Below are positions 10,532 to 21,049 of a stretch of DNA of 64,000 nt, one piece after another. This DNA is from a virus, in IMG/VR virus record IMGVR_UViG_3300033148_003679, positions 1 through 64,000 of that record, one strand, 5' to 3'. The notes under the pieces were generated by a model, which saw only the letters and a list, made by a program, of their open reading frames with translations, did not search any database and was not told the DNA's origin. A program made the translations under genes and the position numbers. Every line of letters begins with the position of its first letter. The stretch's first letter is position 1.

Positions 10532-11472
10532 TGTCCTAGAGCCTCCAGAATCTTTTTACATCGATGTGTATACGTATAGTTGTTGAGCACATGTTTTCGG
10601 ATAGACTGTCGTAACTGCTTTCTTAACACAAGATTGTTGCGCAATTCATTAACCTTATCCGCTGTCTCTTCTCTATTATACGAGAACAATACATGTTCAC
10701 CATCTACAAACTCGTTTTCAATACCATCTACATATTCGACCACACATGCACCACCAGCAGCACCCATAAGATAGATTCTGTTACTCCAATAGTTCTGGAC
10801 GCCATATTCAGGTTTTGGCACATAAACTGCCGATGATTGAGCACATATCCGGGTTAACTGGTTACCGAATACACGGCCATGGAATGTTGCCAAGGGTGCC
10901 ATTGCACGACATTTCGTAACTCCACAATATAATGCGTTAAATCGGGTTGATAGGTATTGGAACGTTTCTGTCCTGTTATAACCAGTTCTGAGCATACCTC
11001 CAAACATCACATCGTATTGTGGTTCCATATCGTAATCGGGAGTTATAGAGAAATCTGTTTCGTCTACACCTTGCATTAAATGCAAATATCGTTTAACATA
11101 TTTTTCCCATGGTATAGAATGGTCTGTTGTAGCCACCAGATCCCAATACTGTGCCATTTTCATGAGACCATTATATAATTCTTCTTTTTGCCATCCGTAT
11201 TTAGGATTAAGACAGTCAAAAGTCCATAACACCAGTTTTGCGTCATCTCTCTTTTTCCGTACTATTTCTGCAACCTTATCCGCGTTCCGTGGTTTCAAGA
11301 TACTATGCGCACTAAAAATAATGTCAAATTGACGTATATCGCTAACAGGCTTTTCTACATCACAACAAAAGACTTCATGACCGAGATTTCTAAAAGCATC
11401 GGCTACCCGATATTCGTTTAGTCGTCTAATCCCACCACTTTTTCTCTCTTCTGCACTAATTAGTATTCGCAT
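10528..11472 (-). CDS. Glycosyltransferase, GT-B (CgeB / Glyco_trans_1_2-like)
   Basis: YWSNRIY, FVDGEHVL and HVLNNYTYTHRCKKIL. Confidence 0.8.
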   Translation of the reverse strand: MRILISAEERKSGGIRRLNEYRVADAFRNLGHEVFCCDVEKPVSDIRQFDIIFSAHSILKPRNADKVAEIVRKKRDDAKLVLWTFDCLNPKYGWQKEELYNGLMKMAQYWDLVATTDHSIPWEKYVKRYLHLMQGVDETDFSITPDYDMEPQYDVMFGGMLRTGYNRTETFQYLSTRFNALYCGVTKCRAMAPLATFHGRVFGNQLTRICAQSSAVYVPKPEYGVQNYWSNRIYLMGAAGGACVVEYVDGIENEFVDGEHVLFSYNREETADKVNELRNNLVLRKQLRQSIRKHVLNNYTYTHRCKKILEALGQ

Positions 11473-11508
11473 TTTAGTGTAACCGTATTTTCTTTTCCTG
11501 TTTGCCTG

Positions 11509-12312
11509 TCATGTAGCATTTCTATGTCGAAACCGATTATCTCTAAACTCCCAATCCGGTTTTAGTAAAGTATCTTGTCGTAATACCCCATATTCATGAA
11601 GTATCTGTGCAATTCTGTCTGGATCAGTAATGTCAGCTTCAGAAGTTAGTTGCCGGGGCGAATAACTCGTAGGATTTTTACTCTGCTTTAACTCTCTGGT
11701 ATTCGTACCGTGTTTAACAACACACACCTTGTTTTTGTCCGGTAACATTTCAGTACCAAGTAGTCTGCGCATAGGAGCGGCATGTGCTACAAATGCCGCC
11801 TGTTTAAACTTATCCCAGTCTTTGTACATATCTTTAGAAAAAATACGAGTTGTAAACGGTGTTGGCAACTTACGTATATGTTTACCAATAAACCCGTAGT
11901 TTCTATCCCATAAAAGGTTCTGACCGAAACTAAACGACGCGACTTTATCAACACGTTTTTTACGTTCAGAAAGGTCTCGTATAGTCTGGAGTGTAGACAA
12001 ATGGTATAGATCGTCGGAATCCAGACGTGAAATTGTAAGCCAATCATCGTCTATTTCATAAGTACGTTGTTCACCTCTATCGAATATCAGTTCTACTTTC
12101 CTGTGCCAAGGTAGCTGTGCAACATAGTCTCTGTTATTTTTGTCGCATACAACCCATAAATCGAAATCGTCATGGTACTGGTTTAGAATCGAACGTAACG
12201 TGAATTTCTGGAACAAATCGAATCGAATATCTATCCATTGATGACTTTTTATTATAGGGCCGCCGTGTATATATCGGTCAATCGCAAACAAGATCATTAT
12301 TACATGTCGCAT
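11509..12312 (-). CDS. Putative glycosyltransferase (rhamnosyltransferase-like)
   Basis: WIDIRFDLFQKFTLRSILNQ and ISRLDSDD. Confidence 0.7.
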   Translation of the reverse strand: MRHVIMILFAIDRYIHGGPIIKSHQWIDIRFDLFQKFTLRSILNQYHDDFDLWVVCDKNNRDYVAQLPWHRKVELIFDRGEQRTYEIDDDWLTISRLDSDDLYHLSTLQTIRDLSERKKRVDKVASFSFGQNLLWDRNYGFIGKHIRKLPTPFTTRIFSKDMYKDWDKFKQAAFVAHAAPMRRLLGTEMLPDKNKVCVVKHGTNTRELKQSKNPTSYSPRQLTSEADITDPDRIAQILHEYGVLRQDTLLKPDWEFRDNRFRHRNAT

Positions 12313-12319
12313 TTTATTT

Positions 12320-13606
12320 CTATCTACTCCTTTTTAACCGTCTACTAGCTTGAAAGTGTTTAACAACAGGATTCGACACCAGACTATCCATAATTTTGTC
12401 AATAGCAAGGTATTCTGGCGGTAACCCTACAGTATTTACTCTGTTTCTGCTCTCTAAAACGTCTCGTAACGCAAGCTGGTTGCCGATATTGGGATATTCT
12501 TTATCTTTTTCGACCCATTGTTTAACAATTTCGATAGATTCTGCTTGTCTGTTACCAAAAAATACCGTACCGGTTCCAGGTTCGTCTGGCTTCTGTTTTC
12601 TATGGGGAATGTCACTAGCATTTAACCAATAAACAGCTACAGATGGTCTGGAAAGGCACAATCTATCGAACATCTCTGGATATTGGACAATTTCAGCGTC
12701 AGAATCCAGCCATACAACCGGTTTATCATGGAATTTGTATAACATTTCGAGTATAAACCGAGTTTTCTCCTTTATATTAGCAGACCACGAACCTTTACTA
12801 GGCCGACCTTCGATATAATGTTCCAGTCCAAACAGGTGTAACGATTTATGTAACCGTCCGATCTCGTTCTCATATCCATTATCAATAGTATAATACGATA
12901 TTACCATAGGTCGCTCGATCCTGTCAATTCTTTCCTGTTCCCATGTCGAACGCCGGAACGATTCCAGTGCACTGTCAGGATTGAGATTGACAATTTCCGC
13001 CCGTTTGTTTATATCTTCTTCTACAACTTTAAACGCTTGTCTAAATTTACAATACACTTTGTCTTTTTGTGGCCATTTATATCCAGAATGGAAATTAGCT
13101 TGTGCCCCGTCTTTACCAACCATATCGAATCCCAACAAATAGATAGGGGACGCGCCCAGACATAGAGCGAGGTTGATCGCGCCAAACCCCGTATTTTCTC
13201 CGTTTCCGAGACCGTCTTTTAACGAACGCGGCATACACCTATTTTTCTGGTGCCGTTTTATAGTATAACAGTATGGAGTCGGTGCAGGAGTTTTTCCGCT
13301 CTGGAGGTATAGACAATATCCGCCAAAAGCTCTTATTTTGTTACGAGCAGCAACAGATCCTTCTATATCTTTAGGGTCGATTGCGCCTTTATCAGTCTCA
13401 ATAAAAACACGATCATCCTGTGCAATTATAATAGACGGGTCACAGTATTCATGAGCACGGTTAATAGCAATAACAAGTTCACCGTTTAGTTTCGACCAGT
13501 CAAAAGTTTTAAGAGACAGACCGCCACCTACTACAAAACAACGGTGCCCAGTCCATATACCGTCTTTTACATAGTCGATAAACTGAACGCTTTTTCCCTT
13601 ATCCAT
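12320..13606 (-). CDS. Two-domain protein: Maf/DUF115-like N-terminus plus nucleotide-sugar transferase
   Basis: N-terminal CFVVGGGLSL, IAINRA and NTGFGAINLALCLGASPIYLLGFD. C-terminal VVWLDSDA and VKHFQASR. Confidence 0.75.
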   Translation of the reverse strand: MDKGKSVQFIDYVKDGIWTGHRCFVVGGGLSLKTFDWSKLNGELVIAINRAHEYCDPSIIIAQDDRVFIETDKGAIDPKDIEGSVAARNKIRAFGGYCLYLQSGKTPAPTPYCYTIKRHQKNRCMPRSLKDGLGNGENTGFGAINLALCLGASPIYLLGFDMVGKDGAQANFHSGYKWPQKDKVYCKFRQAFKVVEEDINKRAEIVNLNPDSALESFRRSTWEQERIDRIERPMVISYYTIDNGYENEIGRLHKSLHLFGLEHYIEGRPSKGSWSANIKEKTRFILEMLYKFHDKPVVWLDSDAEIVQYPEMFDRLCLSRPSVAVYWLNASDIPHRKQKPDEPGTGTVFFGNRQAESIEIVKQWVEKDKEYPNIGNQLALRDVLESRNRVNTVGLPPEYLAIDKIMDSLVSNPVVKHFQASRRLKRSR

Positions 13607-13630
13607 TCCATACTGTTCCGCAAACTTGCT

Positions 13631-14335
13631 TTACGGTATATACCCCGGCATATATCCCCATACACCGTTTACGGCAAACCCGCCTGCACGTAACAGTTGA
13701 AGTGCACGAGGAGCTATAAAAACTTTCTCGACATCTTTATATGTTTCACCATAGACTTGTGATTTTGTAACACCTTGCGATACCAACTGTTCTCTAGCTT
13801 CTGCACCGGTATCTATAAGATGGAACAATACCTGTTCACAGATAGCTGCTTCAACAGCGTCGGGAAACAAAGTCGCATCGTCGGCAGCGTTTGGCATAGG
13901 ATGTGGCAATACGAACAGATGAGACATATACAATTCCAGTTGAGCTGTACGCAGTTTATCGTCTTTGTCAACACCGGTTACCCAATAATCGGTTGCATCC
14001 CGACGAGTACTAAAATATGTGTCGGCAGCAACAGACGTTACCCATTGGTTGGAAAAGGTGATTGTACCTGCCGTATATGTGGTTGTACCACTGTTCACAG
14101 CTTCAATGGAATAGGTATAGCTTATACCATATTCAACACCCGTAAACGTATGTTTGTATATCCCGCTATCCTCGATAACCTGTGTCATGCCAGTTGCGTC
14201 AGGTACAACAACTTCATAATTGTCAGAACGGCGGACACCATAAACTTCGTTTTCGTCCGAAAGGGTCATAGAAGACGGTTCGACCAAATCCCCGTCAACT
14301 CGGTTCTCTGCCCAAATCGTAAATGTTATTGGCAT
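13631..14335 (-). CDS. Head-tail adaptor with N-terminal beta domain
   Basis: C-terminal AADTYFSTR, AVEAAICEQ and IAPRALQLL; synteny. Confidence 0.6.
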   Translation of the reverse strand: MPITFTIWAENRVDGDLVEPSSMTLSDENEVYGVRRSDNYEVVVPDATGMTQVIEDSGIYKHTFTGVEYGISYTYSIEAVNSGTTTYTAGTITFSNQWVTSVAADTYFSTRRDATDYWVTGVDKDDKLRTAQLELYMSHLFVLPHPMPNAADDATLFPDAVEAAICEQVLFHLIDTGAEAREQLVSQGVTKSQVYGETYKDVEKVFIAPRALQLLRAGGFAVNGVWGYMPGYIP

Positions 14336-14366
14336 AACAACCCCCCTGTATTCAACCTCTAATTGT

Positions 14367-15062
14367 TTATTTACGGAAAAACACGTCAATATACCCTATA
14401 CTAGTTGCACCAGCGTTTGAAACTGCAAGGTCTAACGGGCCAATCCAACATGGAAAAACGTCAGGTGCATATGTTAGACATATACTACCGGCATCAACGG
14501 TACCGTCCGGACTCAAATATATACCATTTGTATAACTGGCATTTAATTCCAAAGTAGTAGGCGAAAAGTATACTGAATCGTCACATATGTATAATTCTGC
14601 AATTATCGTATCGCCGGTCGAACCTGTTAGACTATCGTATACGGTTACAATTCCGGCGGTTGTAGCAGGTTTTGTAATACATACTGTATTAAGTTTACCT
14701 TTTCCACGCCGGATCAATGTACCGCCGTCTAATACATCCCATCGTGTATACATATTACAAACAGCAGGTACACGGAAATGTTTACTAACACTGTTTGACA
14801 AATCCGTACCCGCTCCGCCCAACACATCGAATCCTAACGAATCTGTTAGAGTTATATCGTAACCGTCGGTAGGTTGAGTACCGGAATCTGTATTAGGTCG
14901 AAATGATACCAGTTCAACTGTACCGGCAATACCACCGATATTTGCCAACGTACAGTTACCGTCACCGTCTGACAACCATGTAATAGTCCGACACGCCAAA
15001 TTACCTAACCGCGGATTTCCGCTACTTCGACTTGTAATTGTTACTGTACCAGTATCGGCCAT
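14367..15062 (-). CDS. Putative virion structural protein
   Basis: Gly/Thr-rich beta-type protein in the head module. Confidence 0.5.
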   Translation of the reverse strand: MADTGTVTITSRSSGNPRLGNLACRTITWLSDGDGNCTLANIGGIAGTVELVSFRPNTDSGTQPTDGYDITLTDSLGFDVLGGAGTDLSNSVSKHFRVPAVCNMYTRWDVLDGGTLIRRGKGKLNTVCITKPATTAGIVTVYDSLTGSTGDTIIAELYICDDSVYFSPTTLELNASYTNGIYLSPDGTVDAGSICLTYAPDVFPCWIGPLDLAVSNAGATSIGYIDVFFRK

Positions 15063-15097
15063 AACTTTAACCCTCCTGGGTCACTCATAAATGACCG

Positions 15098-15736
15098 TTA
15101 ATCAGCCTTTGAACTGCGGATAACCATGTCCAATGTTTTAGAAGCGTCCGGGGTACCGGCAATAACATATGTATTATACGTTGCACTGATTGTACCGGCA
15201 TCGGTCGCATTGTTAAAGTTATGGACGAGAACGTCAGCGGATTTGCCAATTTTACATCCAAGACCATAAGTTTTTGCAAACCCGAAAGTATATGCATCGT
15301 TAGTATCACAGTCTTCGCCATCACCCGTCACAACAGTAAACGATAGAGTTGTAAGAGACGAATATGCGTGTAGACACGTTGCGGTCCATGTATCTACCCC
15401 ACCTGTAAACGATAATGTTGCGGCTATATCCGTATCGTTTTCAGTCCGGCCAAACTGATCTGTACCAACTACGGTCATTGTAACAGACGTCCACGAATCG
15501 TCGCCACTAGCTTTATCGTTCGTAACATATAATACGGGACATACCGGATGGTTAGGCGCAACAGATTTTGTCATACTTGCAGCAGCTAGTGTAAACGTGG
15601 TTGTTGCCGACAGAGCTGTAGACGTTTTGAACCAGTCTACATCAGCTGCCAACGGCGCAAAATGAAATTCTGTGTTTACCTGATCGCGCCATATTTTTCT
15701 GAATCGCGGATCCCAGATTCTTGGTCCTGTAGGCAT
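15098..15736 (-). CDS. Putative head decoration / virion protein
   Basis: Thr/Ala-rich, 212 aa, directly after the capsid gene. Confidence 0.5.
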   Translation of the reverse strand: MPTGPRIWDPRFRKIWRDQVNTEFHFAPLAADVDWFKTSTALSATTTFTLAAASMTKSVAPNHPVCPVLYVTNDKASGDDSWTSVTMTVVGTDQFGRTENDTDIAATLSFTGGVDTWTATCLHAYSSLTTLSFTVVTGDGEDCDTNDAYTFGFAKTYGLGCKIGKSADVLVHNFNNATDAGTISATYNTYVIAGTPDASKTLDMVIRSSKAD

Positions 15737-15888
15737 TGTACTTTTCCTTTTCCATGTAGGGGGCAGATTTGTACGTTTATTTCAACAATACTATCTACCC
15801 CCGTTCGTTCCATGAACTTGTTTCTCTATTTTATGTTCCTGTTTTCGTTTCCGTTTAACTTCTGTTTATTTTTTACTGTTAACACCCA

Positions 15889-16842
15889 TTAACTGGTTGA
15901 AAGACTTTCGATTAGCCCGTGATACTTGTACGTGAAATAATCGATTCCAAATATACAGAACAACATTTCGCGGTCACCTGCACCGAGTTTTGCTAACGGT
16001 TGCGTAAAGATAGGCGGTAACCCGTCAACAATACCAAATCCAGGCCGGAAATATTCCAGGTCAACGAACAAGATATCGTCAGAAGCCAGAACCGGATCGT
16101 ATACTACACCACATTCGCCTGCAACTGGCAGAACGATTCGTTCAAGATTCACGCCGCCAACGTTACGAGATTGCGGCTGGAACCCATATAGATCCGAAAT
16201 AGCCTGATACTGATGTGCTCCACATGCAAGAACCATATCATTGAATTCCGCACCAAGACCTGCCATCCGTTCAATTTCGGTGTTAATATGTTCGGTTGTA
16301 AGATCTGATCCGCCAGCATCGGTCGATGCAACAGCGTTGATAGCAGTTACAAGTCCCTGCGTCTGACCGGCAGTTGCAGCGTTCGTCCACGCTTGTCCAG
16401 TACCACGTAACGCTGAATATTCGAGGTCTCCGACCAACTGTTTCATATGAGCTTTGCGCTGTATAGGCATACCAGCGATTTGTGCAAACACATCGTTAAT
16501 GTTCGCTACTCCGCCAATTACTTTGTTAAGAGCACGAGCTGCATAAGAGACTATATACTGTAACTCGTGGATTTCAGCGTAATTGGTTTCCTGTGAAGCT
16601 GTATAGCTCGTAGCAGTAATAGTAGTAATCGAAGCGTCTTCAGTAACAGTATTCTGTGCAGCCGCATTAGGTGTAATCGCATTCGACATAGAATATTGGC
16701 TACCGGTTAGAATACGATAACCTCGTGTCAACCCTGCCATCGAAAGCAATGGAGATAGACCAAACGCTGCACCAATATAAAGCACTTCACCAGTGTAATT
16801 TGTTACATCGGTAGTTGTGATTGGTTCTGATTGAGATGCCAT
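15889..16842 (-). CDS. Major capsid protein (SU10 / DUF5309-like)
   Basis: SPLLSMAG, ETNYAEI, DLEYSALRG, QPLAKLG and HGLI; 317 aa, directly after the scaffold. Confidence 0.8.
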   Translation of the reverse strand: MASQSEPITTTDVTNYTGEVLYIGAAFGLSPLLSMAGLTRGYRILTGSQYSMSNAITPNAAAQNTVTEDASITTITATSYTASQETNYAEIHELQYIVSYAARALNKVIGGVANINDVFAQIAGMPIQRKAHMKQLVGDLEYSALRGTGQAWTNAATAGQTQGLVTAINAVASTDAGGSDLTTEHINTEIERMAGLGAEFNDMVLACGAHQYQAISDLYGFQPQSRNVGGVNLERIVLPVAGECGVVYDPVLASDDILFVDLEYFRPGFGIVDGLPPIFTQPLAKLGAGDREMLFCIFGIDYFTYKYHGLIESLSTS

Positions 16843-16882
16843 TAGTTTTTACCTTTTTATACCGACAGTACCACTCGCCCGA

Positions 16883-17656
16883 TTATATAAATTGTTGTTT
16901 CACGCCTTTAGCTTCATTTTCTCTCAGTGTTTTGAGCCTTAGACTCTCACCGAAATCTCCTTCAGCCACGGCTTTAGCAATTTGCGCATCCAGACTAAGA
17001 GATTCTGTAGGCTGTTTAGTTTTACCGCCCTTCTGACCAGGTGCAGGACCAGTATCCATCAACTCGGCTTTAAACCGTTCAACTTCCGCTTTTACACGTT
17101 CGTCCATTACTTTGGTAAACCCGTCAATAAAATCGGCAAGTTCTTCAAGAGAATCGTCTTCCACTTTTACAAGATGATAGAAATCATGAAACTCAACGGG
17201 GATTTCTTTCCGTGTTAACAACTTGTCAACATTTTCACGCTTTCTTATAGCATCAAGTTCTGCCTGTTTTTCTGCAAGTTGCCTTGTTCGTTCTTCTAAC
17301 AGTTCACCTTGTTTGTTTTCAGCTAACAACAAATCTTCACGAGCTTTTTGTTCAGCCCTTTGCGTAGCCTTCAACTCAGCTTCTTGCCGTTCTCGCTCGA
17401 ACTTTTTCCGCGCCTGATTCACGCGGCGGTCAGTTTCAGATTTTTCATGGGCTATGATAGCAGCAGTCTTCTCTTCAGTAGACGCATTCTCAAATCCCAT
17501 TATATCAGCAACACTAACATTTGGATTAGACTCTATCATTTCCGATAAAGTCATGGACGGAGTTTCAGTGCTCTGTTCCTGCGCCCCTTCGTTCAGGGTT
17601 TCAGAACCAGAGTCCTGTGTACCTACACTTACGTTATTTCCGAGTTCCGACGTCAT
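16883..17656 (-). CDS. Capsid scaffolding protein
   Basis: Acidic coiled coil (SETDRRVNQARKKFERE) upstream of the capsid gene. Confidence 0.75.
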   Translation of the reverse strand: MTSELGNNVSVGTQDSGSETLNEGAQEQSTETPSMTLSEMIESNPNVSVADIMGFENASTEEKTAAIIAHEKSETDRRVNQARKKFERERQEAELKATQRAEQKAREDLLLAENKQGELLEERTRQLAEKQAELDAIRKRENVDKLLTRKEIPVEFHDFYHLVKVEDDSLEELADFIDGFTKVMDERVKAEVERFKAELMDTGPAPGQKGGKTKQPTESLSLDAQIAKAVAEGDFGESLRLKTLRENEAKGVKQQFI

Positions 17657-17860
17657 TTTACCGTACCTCTTCAATTAACCTGTATTCTGTGTTGTACGTT
17701 CTGTCTTTTGCCAGCTACTACAAATCTTACAACACCGCAGAAAGGTAATAACGGTTTAACCCTTGTCTGTCACTATCTACACTGGATTCACCCACTATAT
17801 CTACCTATCTGCACCTTGCTCTACCACAAGACCGTCACATAATCTTGTGTTTTATAAATC

Positions 17861-19336
17861 TTAAACTGCTGACCCAGGTGTATTATCACCCTCTTTCATG
17901 TCTTTGTCAAATATTACCTGCTCAGACTGTACTGGTTTTCGGGAATCCAACATCTCTTTACGTTTAGCTTTCGCGGCTTCAGCCGAATCCCGCACCTTAG
18001 GTATAAGCCTGATCCTGTCTTCCAATGACAACGTTTTTTCCAGACTTGGCATGGCACCATAAAGCTCGATTTCGTTAACAGGTATATTGGGGAAAAATGT
18101 AATGTCAAAATCTGTCAACAGAGGTTCTCCGTTTAGCATCCATATAGCGTTAAACAGATCAATTTCTTCCCGAATACCTACACTAAAGTTCTCTTTAAAC
18201 GTGCCAGTCTGTTCGATTTGCGGTTGTAACTTGAGTTTAAGAGCAATTCCTGACGCCTGTCCTGTTGCACCGAGAATAGCGTCTATATCACATATTTTCA
18301 ACATACGGTGTAACGCGCCACGAGTGAGTTCGAGGTCAAAAGCAACTTTTTTCTCGTCGTTACCTTTTGTAAGAAACTCTGCATGGCCGCCCGGTAAAAG
18401 CGGTAGAAGTTTCAGATCTTTTATCATTTTTGCAAACGTTTCGCCAGCTTCGTTCTCTTCTAACAGAGCGTCTACACTCGGCATTCCTATAATAGCCAGC
18501 ACAGCGTCTACATTATACTTTACATCGTCGGCGTTATACGACCGGACTTCGTTATAGATGTCCTGTTGTCCCATAATTGCCGGGGTAATAAACGAAGCAT
18601 ACGATGAAAGTACCGGATATACAGCTATTGGCACCCGACCATACATATGTTCTGTCCGGCTTGATGTAACACGAGCGTCAGTAGACACGTTTTCTTTACC
18701 CGACCCACTCTCGACCTTATACGTGTATATATACCGAGAATCGTATGCTGTATAGAATGTTGCACCGGTTTTACTAACCTTTTCACCGTCCCACGTTCCT
18801 TCCGGTATTTCCCATCGGTATATGGCGACCACAATCTGACCGTCTATATCGTACATGAACCCCCAGTTTATTGGTGTATAGACCGTAGTGGATATACCGT
18901 TATCTTCCGACCATGAATGCAGGCTGATTGACATGCCATAGAGAATAGCGTTTTCCAGATGTTCCCGCCGTTGCCGATCAAGGTTAAGTGCATTTGAAAG
19001 TTCGTCATAGTTTTTAAGAGCCGTTTCAACTTCCACCTGTTTCTCTGTACCTCTTATATAAGGTGCAGGAGTTAGTTCAGGCGGTTCGTACAGGATAAAC
19101 CCTACATGTTTAGAAATACCATATTCAATGAAGTTTGTAACAACTTTAGACCTTGCACGACCGTCTATCCGGTCGTCTGCAACGTCGAGAATAGCCTGTT
19201 GACCGGAATAATAGTTTGCACGTTTTATATATCCGTTACGTATATCGGCGTCATTATCCCAAATATCTTTTATCTCGGCAAACGATAGAGTTGGTAGAAT
19301 AGACGGTGTTTGTAAAGCTGGCCGTCGTTTAGCCAT
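17861..19336 (-). CDS. Portal protein (SPP1 gp6-like)
   Basis: NYYSGQQAIL, KVVTNF, HMYGRVPI, ASGIALKLKL and ITFFPNIPVN. Confidence 0.9.
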   Translation of the reverse strand: MAKRRPALQTPSILPTLSFAEIKDIWDNDADIRNGYIKRANYYSGQQAILDVADDRIDGRARSKVVTNFIEYGISKHVGFILYEPPELTPAPYIRGTEKQVEVETALKNYDELSNALNLDRQRREHLENAILYGMSISLHSWSEDNGISTTVYTPINWGFMYDIDGQIVVAIYRWEIPEGTWDGEKVSKTGATFYTAYDSRYIYTYKVESGSGKENVSTDARVTSSRTEHMYGRVPIAVYPVLSSYASFITPAIMGQQDIYNEVRSYNADDVKYNVDAVLAIIGMPSVDALLEENEAGETFAKMIKDLKLLPLLPGGHAEFLTKGNDEKKVAFDLELTRGALHRMLKICDIDAILGATGQASGIALKLKLQPQIEQTGTFKENFSVGIREEIDLFNAIWMLNGEPLLTDFDITFFPNIPVNEIELYGAMPSLEKTLSLEDRIRLIPKVRDSAEAAKAKRKEMLDSRKPVQSEQVIFDKDMKEGDNTPGSAV

Positions 19337-19459
19337 TTGTTGTTTACCAGTCACAGTCTTTAGTTTTAGAGGTTGCAACCATTTCATAGTCATGTTCATA
19401 GATTCCTATAACTTTCGTTTAAAACATTTATACCGTTCAAAACACTTATACTTATATTT

Positions 19460-21049
19460 CTAAACACCTATTTTGTTTCGTGGAAACGGAAAACAAATTT
19501 GCCCTTCTTTTAGAAACATGTATGCACCTACAACAGCGTCAACCAGATCGTCATGCGAACCTTTTGGAAACTCTTTTACCTGTTGCAACCATAAATCCGT
19601 CCATTTGTTGTTGACTATTACATGTACGTTACCGGCTTCAAAAATAGGTTCGACGTTTTCTGCCCGTACAACTTTGTCTCCTTTTCCTATAGGCGTCCAT
19701 TCTCTTACACATATTATACCTGCAAGCACATCTGCAAGACGTGTAGACGCGTCTTTATACCCGCCAACAGATTCTTGTACTTGGTATACGGACGCTCCGT
19801 CGTTTAAAGCTGTAGCTTGAATAATACGGTCTCGTTTAGGAGCGGCCCATTGACCTGCTACAATATCTTTAATCCATAGATGGGGTATACGAAGGTCGCC
19901 CACAGTTTTAAATGTTACACATACAAGTGCACCAGCCGTATAATCGGGATCGGTTTTGCCAACCTGTTTTTCTGTAGATGCTAAATCCCAGAACCGAACG
20001 TATCGCGAGTTTGTAGGAAAAGATTTATCGTTTTTATGATATTTTATCCGGTCAATATCAAAAAGGTTACCTTTTAGAACCGTAGGCGAACAGTCGAGCA
20101 ACCCGGCAGACGCATAACGACCAAGTGCAGCATATTGACCTTCATACCAATTGTCTGAAATTCGTTCTGAAAATAAAAACCTGCTCTTATACTTTATTTT
20201 TTTACCACACGCATATGCAGGCCCTTTAGCAGAAAACTTCATAAATTCAAACATAGGAAAATCGGGATCTTCTTTTATCTGCTTTTTAATTCGACCGAAC
20301 GGATCGTCCATATGCCATGGAGTAGCAGATATAATGGTTATCGATACCGGTGCCCGACGAGTCAAAAATTCGTTTACAATTGCATCCCAAACCCTTTCAC
20401 GGTACACTATGGACTCGGCTTCTTTACGATTCTTAAAAAAATCGTCTACAACTCCGATTACATAACCGGAACCTGTTAGACCACCTGTTAGACCTGTAGA
20501 CACTATATCGCCGGTAGATTCCTGCCATTCTTTTTTCACTTGATCATAATAGTCCGTTCGCCAAAGAGCATCGGTTCGTTTTTTCACACTTAACCGCACG
20601 TTCGGAAACAGTTTATGATATTGCGGCGACTGAACAATGTTGCGAGCTTTACGAGAAAACTTATGTACGAGATTAGCACCATATCCTGTAAACATCATGT
20701 CAGGTTGCATAAACGCTAGTCTACCTGCCATATACGGTGGCAAAGCACAAGAAACCATATCCGATTTTCCTGCCCTAAAATGAGTTTTAATAGCCAGAAA
20801 TGTATCATATCCGTCTAACAGATCTTCAACGGCCTGGTCAATACGTGCGGCAATAATCCTTGTATGTAACCCTTCACAAAACGGTTGCGGCATCCACCAT
20901 ACATATTTCATGAAATCAAGGAAATGGGTACGGGCACGGGCACGACGACGCAACTCTCGTGCAGCGTCTAACAACTTTCGATCTTCATGCGCGCTCATCT
21001 GCCGTTTCGCCGCAGTTTCAACGCTGCTGACAGGGATACTATTGGCCAT
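19460..21049 (-). CDS. terL: Terminase large subunit
   Basis: RAGKS Walker A, VVDD Walker B, ATPWHMDD, and nuclease motifs RFWDLAS, DYTAG and HDDLVDA. Confidence 0.95.
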   Translation of the reverse strand: MANSIPVSSVETAAKRQMSAHEDRKLLDAARELRRRARARTHFLDFMKYVWWMPQPFCEGLHTRIIAARIDQAVEDLLDGYDTFLAIKTHFRAGKSDMVSCALPPYMAGRLAFMQPDMMFTGYGANLVHKFSRKARNIVQSPQYHKLFPNVRLSVKKRTDALWRTDYYDQVKKEWQESTGDIVSTGLTGGLTGSGYVIGVVDDFFKNRKEAESIVYRERVWDAIVNEFLTRRAPVSITIISATPWHMDDPFGRIKKQIKEDPDFPMFEFMKFSAKGPAYACGKKIKYKSRFLFSERISDNWYEGQYAALGRYASAGLLDCSPTVLKGNLFDIDRIKYHKNDKSFPTNSRYVRFWDLASTEKQVGKTDPDYTAGALVCVTFKTVGDLRIPHLWIKDIVAGQWAAPKRDRIIQATALNDGASVYQVQESVGGYKDASTRLADVLAGIICVREWTPIGKGDKVVRAENVEPIFEAGNVHVIVNNKWTDLWLQQVKEFPKGSHDDLVDAVVGAYMFLKEGQICFPFPRNKIGV

